Shown one piece after another: positions 22,695-24,272 of a stretch of 24,272 bases of DNA. Numbering within the stretch: position 1 is the first letter of the stretch; each line of letters begins with the position of its first letter. The notes under the pieces are model-generated. The model ran no database searches. It saw nothing but the letters and a program-made list of their open reading frames with translations, and was not told where the DNA came from. The translations under genes and the position numbers were made by a program. This DNA comes from Ancylonema sp. (lineage: Eukaryota): the NCBI GenBank assembly GCA_050230475.1, contig JBFLGF010000059.1:62001-86272 (forward strand). The letters are read 5' to 3'.

Positions 22695-23149
22695 TATAAT
22701 CTTTTGAGTGATTAGACGTGCCGGAATAATTAGGTGGGCGACAAAACGAACCGTACGCAAAAGGATCTCTATCACTGATGATCAACGAGACAGGAGTTGC
22801 GTGTGTGGAACGAATTATTATTGTGATTGCGTCGGGGATGGTAATACCCGATGCGCTTTACAGATTGTTGTGCGTGCCGACGGTCGGCACAATTGACCGT
22901 CGGCCTATCATTGACTGACAGCTCTTCTACGTCAACGGCACATGCCGGACATTTCTGACACGACTAAACAAGCCAATCACGACGCGTCAAACAAATAACG
23001 TCTCTAAGCGTCGGTCGGAAACATGTCAGGTGCCCGGGCACAAACTTGCCCGGCCCCGCATACAGGCACATCTAGAACATTGCTCCTAGAGTAACCGGTT
23101 ATAAGTGGACTAGCAAGCATAACATATGGCTATCCAAAATATTCTAACA
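22695..23149 (-). repeat. 5' LTR of the complete copia
   Basis: Direct repeat of 16549-17000. Minus strand reads TGTTAG...AAGATTATA. Confidence 0.95.
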
Positions 23150-23329
23150 GTCGGCACACTTTGTTGGTTCTCGATTTGTACGAGGCATCGTGGTATACCT
23201 ACCCGATGTCAACCATTCAATATTATTCTTCCAACACAATACTTGTCGTTGATCAGTTCTGAGAGACGTAGTCCCTTGTACGGACAGAACCACACAATCT
23301 CGCACACGAATCACGTATCAACGCCAAAA
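23150..23329 (+). mobile_element. Right part of the interrupted sister-family LTR
   Basis: Reverse complement of 14334-14513. Ends CAACGCCAAAA. Confidence 0.9.
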
Positions 23330-24150
23330 AATCAAACCCCCTCGAACCCTCAGGTAGGTCATATCCCTATTGTCTACGCGATGATTTGCTCTACCGCCAT
23401 AATCACTTGGTCATCCCGCCAGGTGCCACTTCCTTGATAGTCTAAATCCTGCAACAAGTCCACAACGCGCCCCTGGCAGGCCATTACGGTGTTGCTCGCA
23501 CCCATCCACTCGTGGCGCAGTATTTCTACTGGCCAGAAATTTCTAAGGCGGTGGAGGCCTACGTCTGTAGCTGTGACACGTGTGCGCGGACTAAGCCCGT
23601 CCGCCATGCACCCTACGGCCTGCTATCCCCGAACCCTATCCTTGATAGGCCGTGGAGTTGTATCTCCATGGACTCGATCACATACCTCCCGCCATCTAAT
23701 TACCACGATGCGAGTCTAGTGGTGGTCGACCGCCTGATTAAGGCTGCTCACTTCATCCCTACGACAAAAGCGATACCAGCTCCCGACGTCGCCGCCATTT
23801 TCTTGCGGGAGGTGGTGCTGCTCCATGGCATGCCCTCCACCATCATTTCCGACCGCGATCCCGTCTTCACCAGCCGTTTTTGGAGACGGCGGCTGCAGTT
23901 GTGCGGTATCCAAGCCAACCGCTCGACTGCTTTTCACCCTCAGACGGATGGCCAGACGGAGCGCCTCAATTCTGTCCTCGAGCGATATTTACGCATCTAC
24001 ACCGATTACCAGCAATCGGATTGGTCGAGTCTGTTGCCCATGGCAAAATTTTCCCACAAGAATTCCGTGCATTCTGCCACATCCCTGATCCCGTTCTTCG
24101 TCAACCACGGTTTCCATCCCCAAGTCTCCCTCCTCCCTCCCTCCCCGGAG
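23330..24150 (+). pseudogene. pol: Chromovirus-like (Tcn1/Tf2-type) Gypsy integrase fragment
   Basis: HNAPLAGHYG..YWP..CDTC HHCC domain; PWSCISMD, VVVDRL, ISDRDPVFTSRFW, STAFHPQTDGQTERLN. In-frame stop upstream; truncated at 24150. Confidence 0.95.
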
Positions 24151-24272
24151 TGTTAGGGACGGATGGAAAAGACGCCCTAGCAAGCAAGTTGCGATATGCA
24201 CCAAGCGGAAAGATGGCAAAATGCCGAATGAATGGGATGGGATGAGCCGATGGGAAAATGGTGGTGATAATA
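24151..24272 (+). mobile_element. Probable start of another LTR insertion that truncates the integrase
   Basis: Abrupt composition change beginning TGTTAG, where the integrase frame ends. Confidence 0.45.

Larger units (their letters stand above)
16547..23149 (-). mobile_element. Structurally complete but inactivated Ty1/copia retrotransposon (~6.6 kb), half-tRNA-primed (Hemivirus/Osser-like)
   Basis: Paired ~455-bp LTRs, with roughly 17 substitutions and 6 indels by eye. TSD GTCGG(C), PBS, degenerate PPT GAGTGGGTG at 17009-17001, and domain order Gag-PR-IN-RT-RH. Confidence 0.97.

Noticed and set aside
13045..24150. A single Gypsy split by a 10-kb nested insertion
   Set aside because: The two fragments overlap in homologous but non-identical sequence and share no TSD.

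Overview
Eukaryotic DNA, most likely from a non-seed plant or streptophyte alga. This is inferred from primer-binding sites matching plant tRNA-iMet and from the TE lineages present. The left ~1.3 kb holds the 5' part of a probable minus-strand host gene whose open frame runs off the window. The rest is a dense nest of transposable elements with no intact ORF. DNA-transposon and simple repeats: a non-autonomous hAT-like element, an 816-bp Tc1/mariner-type MITE inside a Gypsy RT, and a perfect (GT)92 tract. Gypsy: a remnant whose integrase ends in a decayed PHD finger, with its PPT and ~1.1 kb LTR, plus chromovirus-like fragments. Copia: an old deleted remnant, a second 3' half, at least five related LTR pieces, and one structurally complete but frameshifted 6.6 kb element (16547-23149, minus; paired LTRs, half-tRNA-iMet PBS, PPT, TSD) inserted into a related LTR. 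The most notable points are the PHD-finger Gypsy, copia LTRs with non-CA U5 ends that nest in each other's LTRs, a conserved GCCGACGGTC-N9-GACCGTCGGC palindrome in those LTRs, and a conserved splice acceptor in the copia 3' UTR. All alignments were made by eye; no database search was run.
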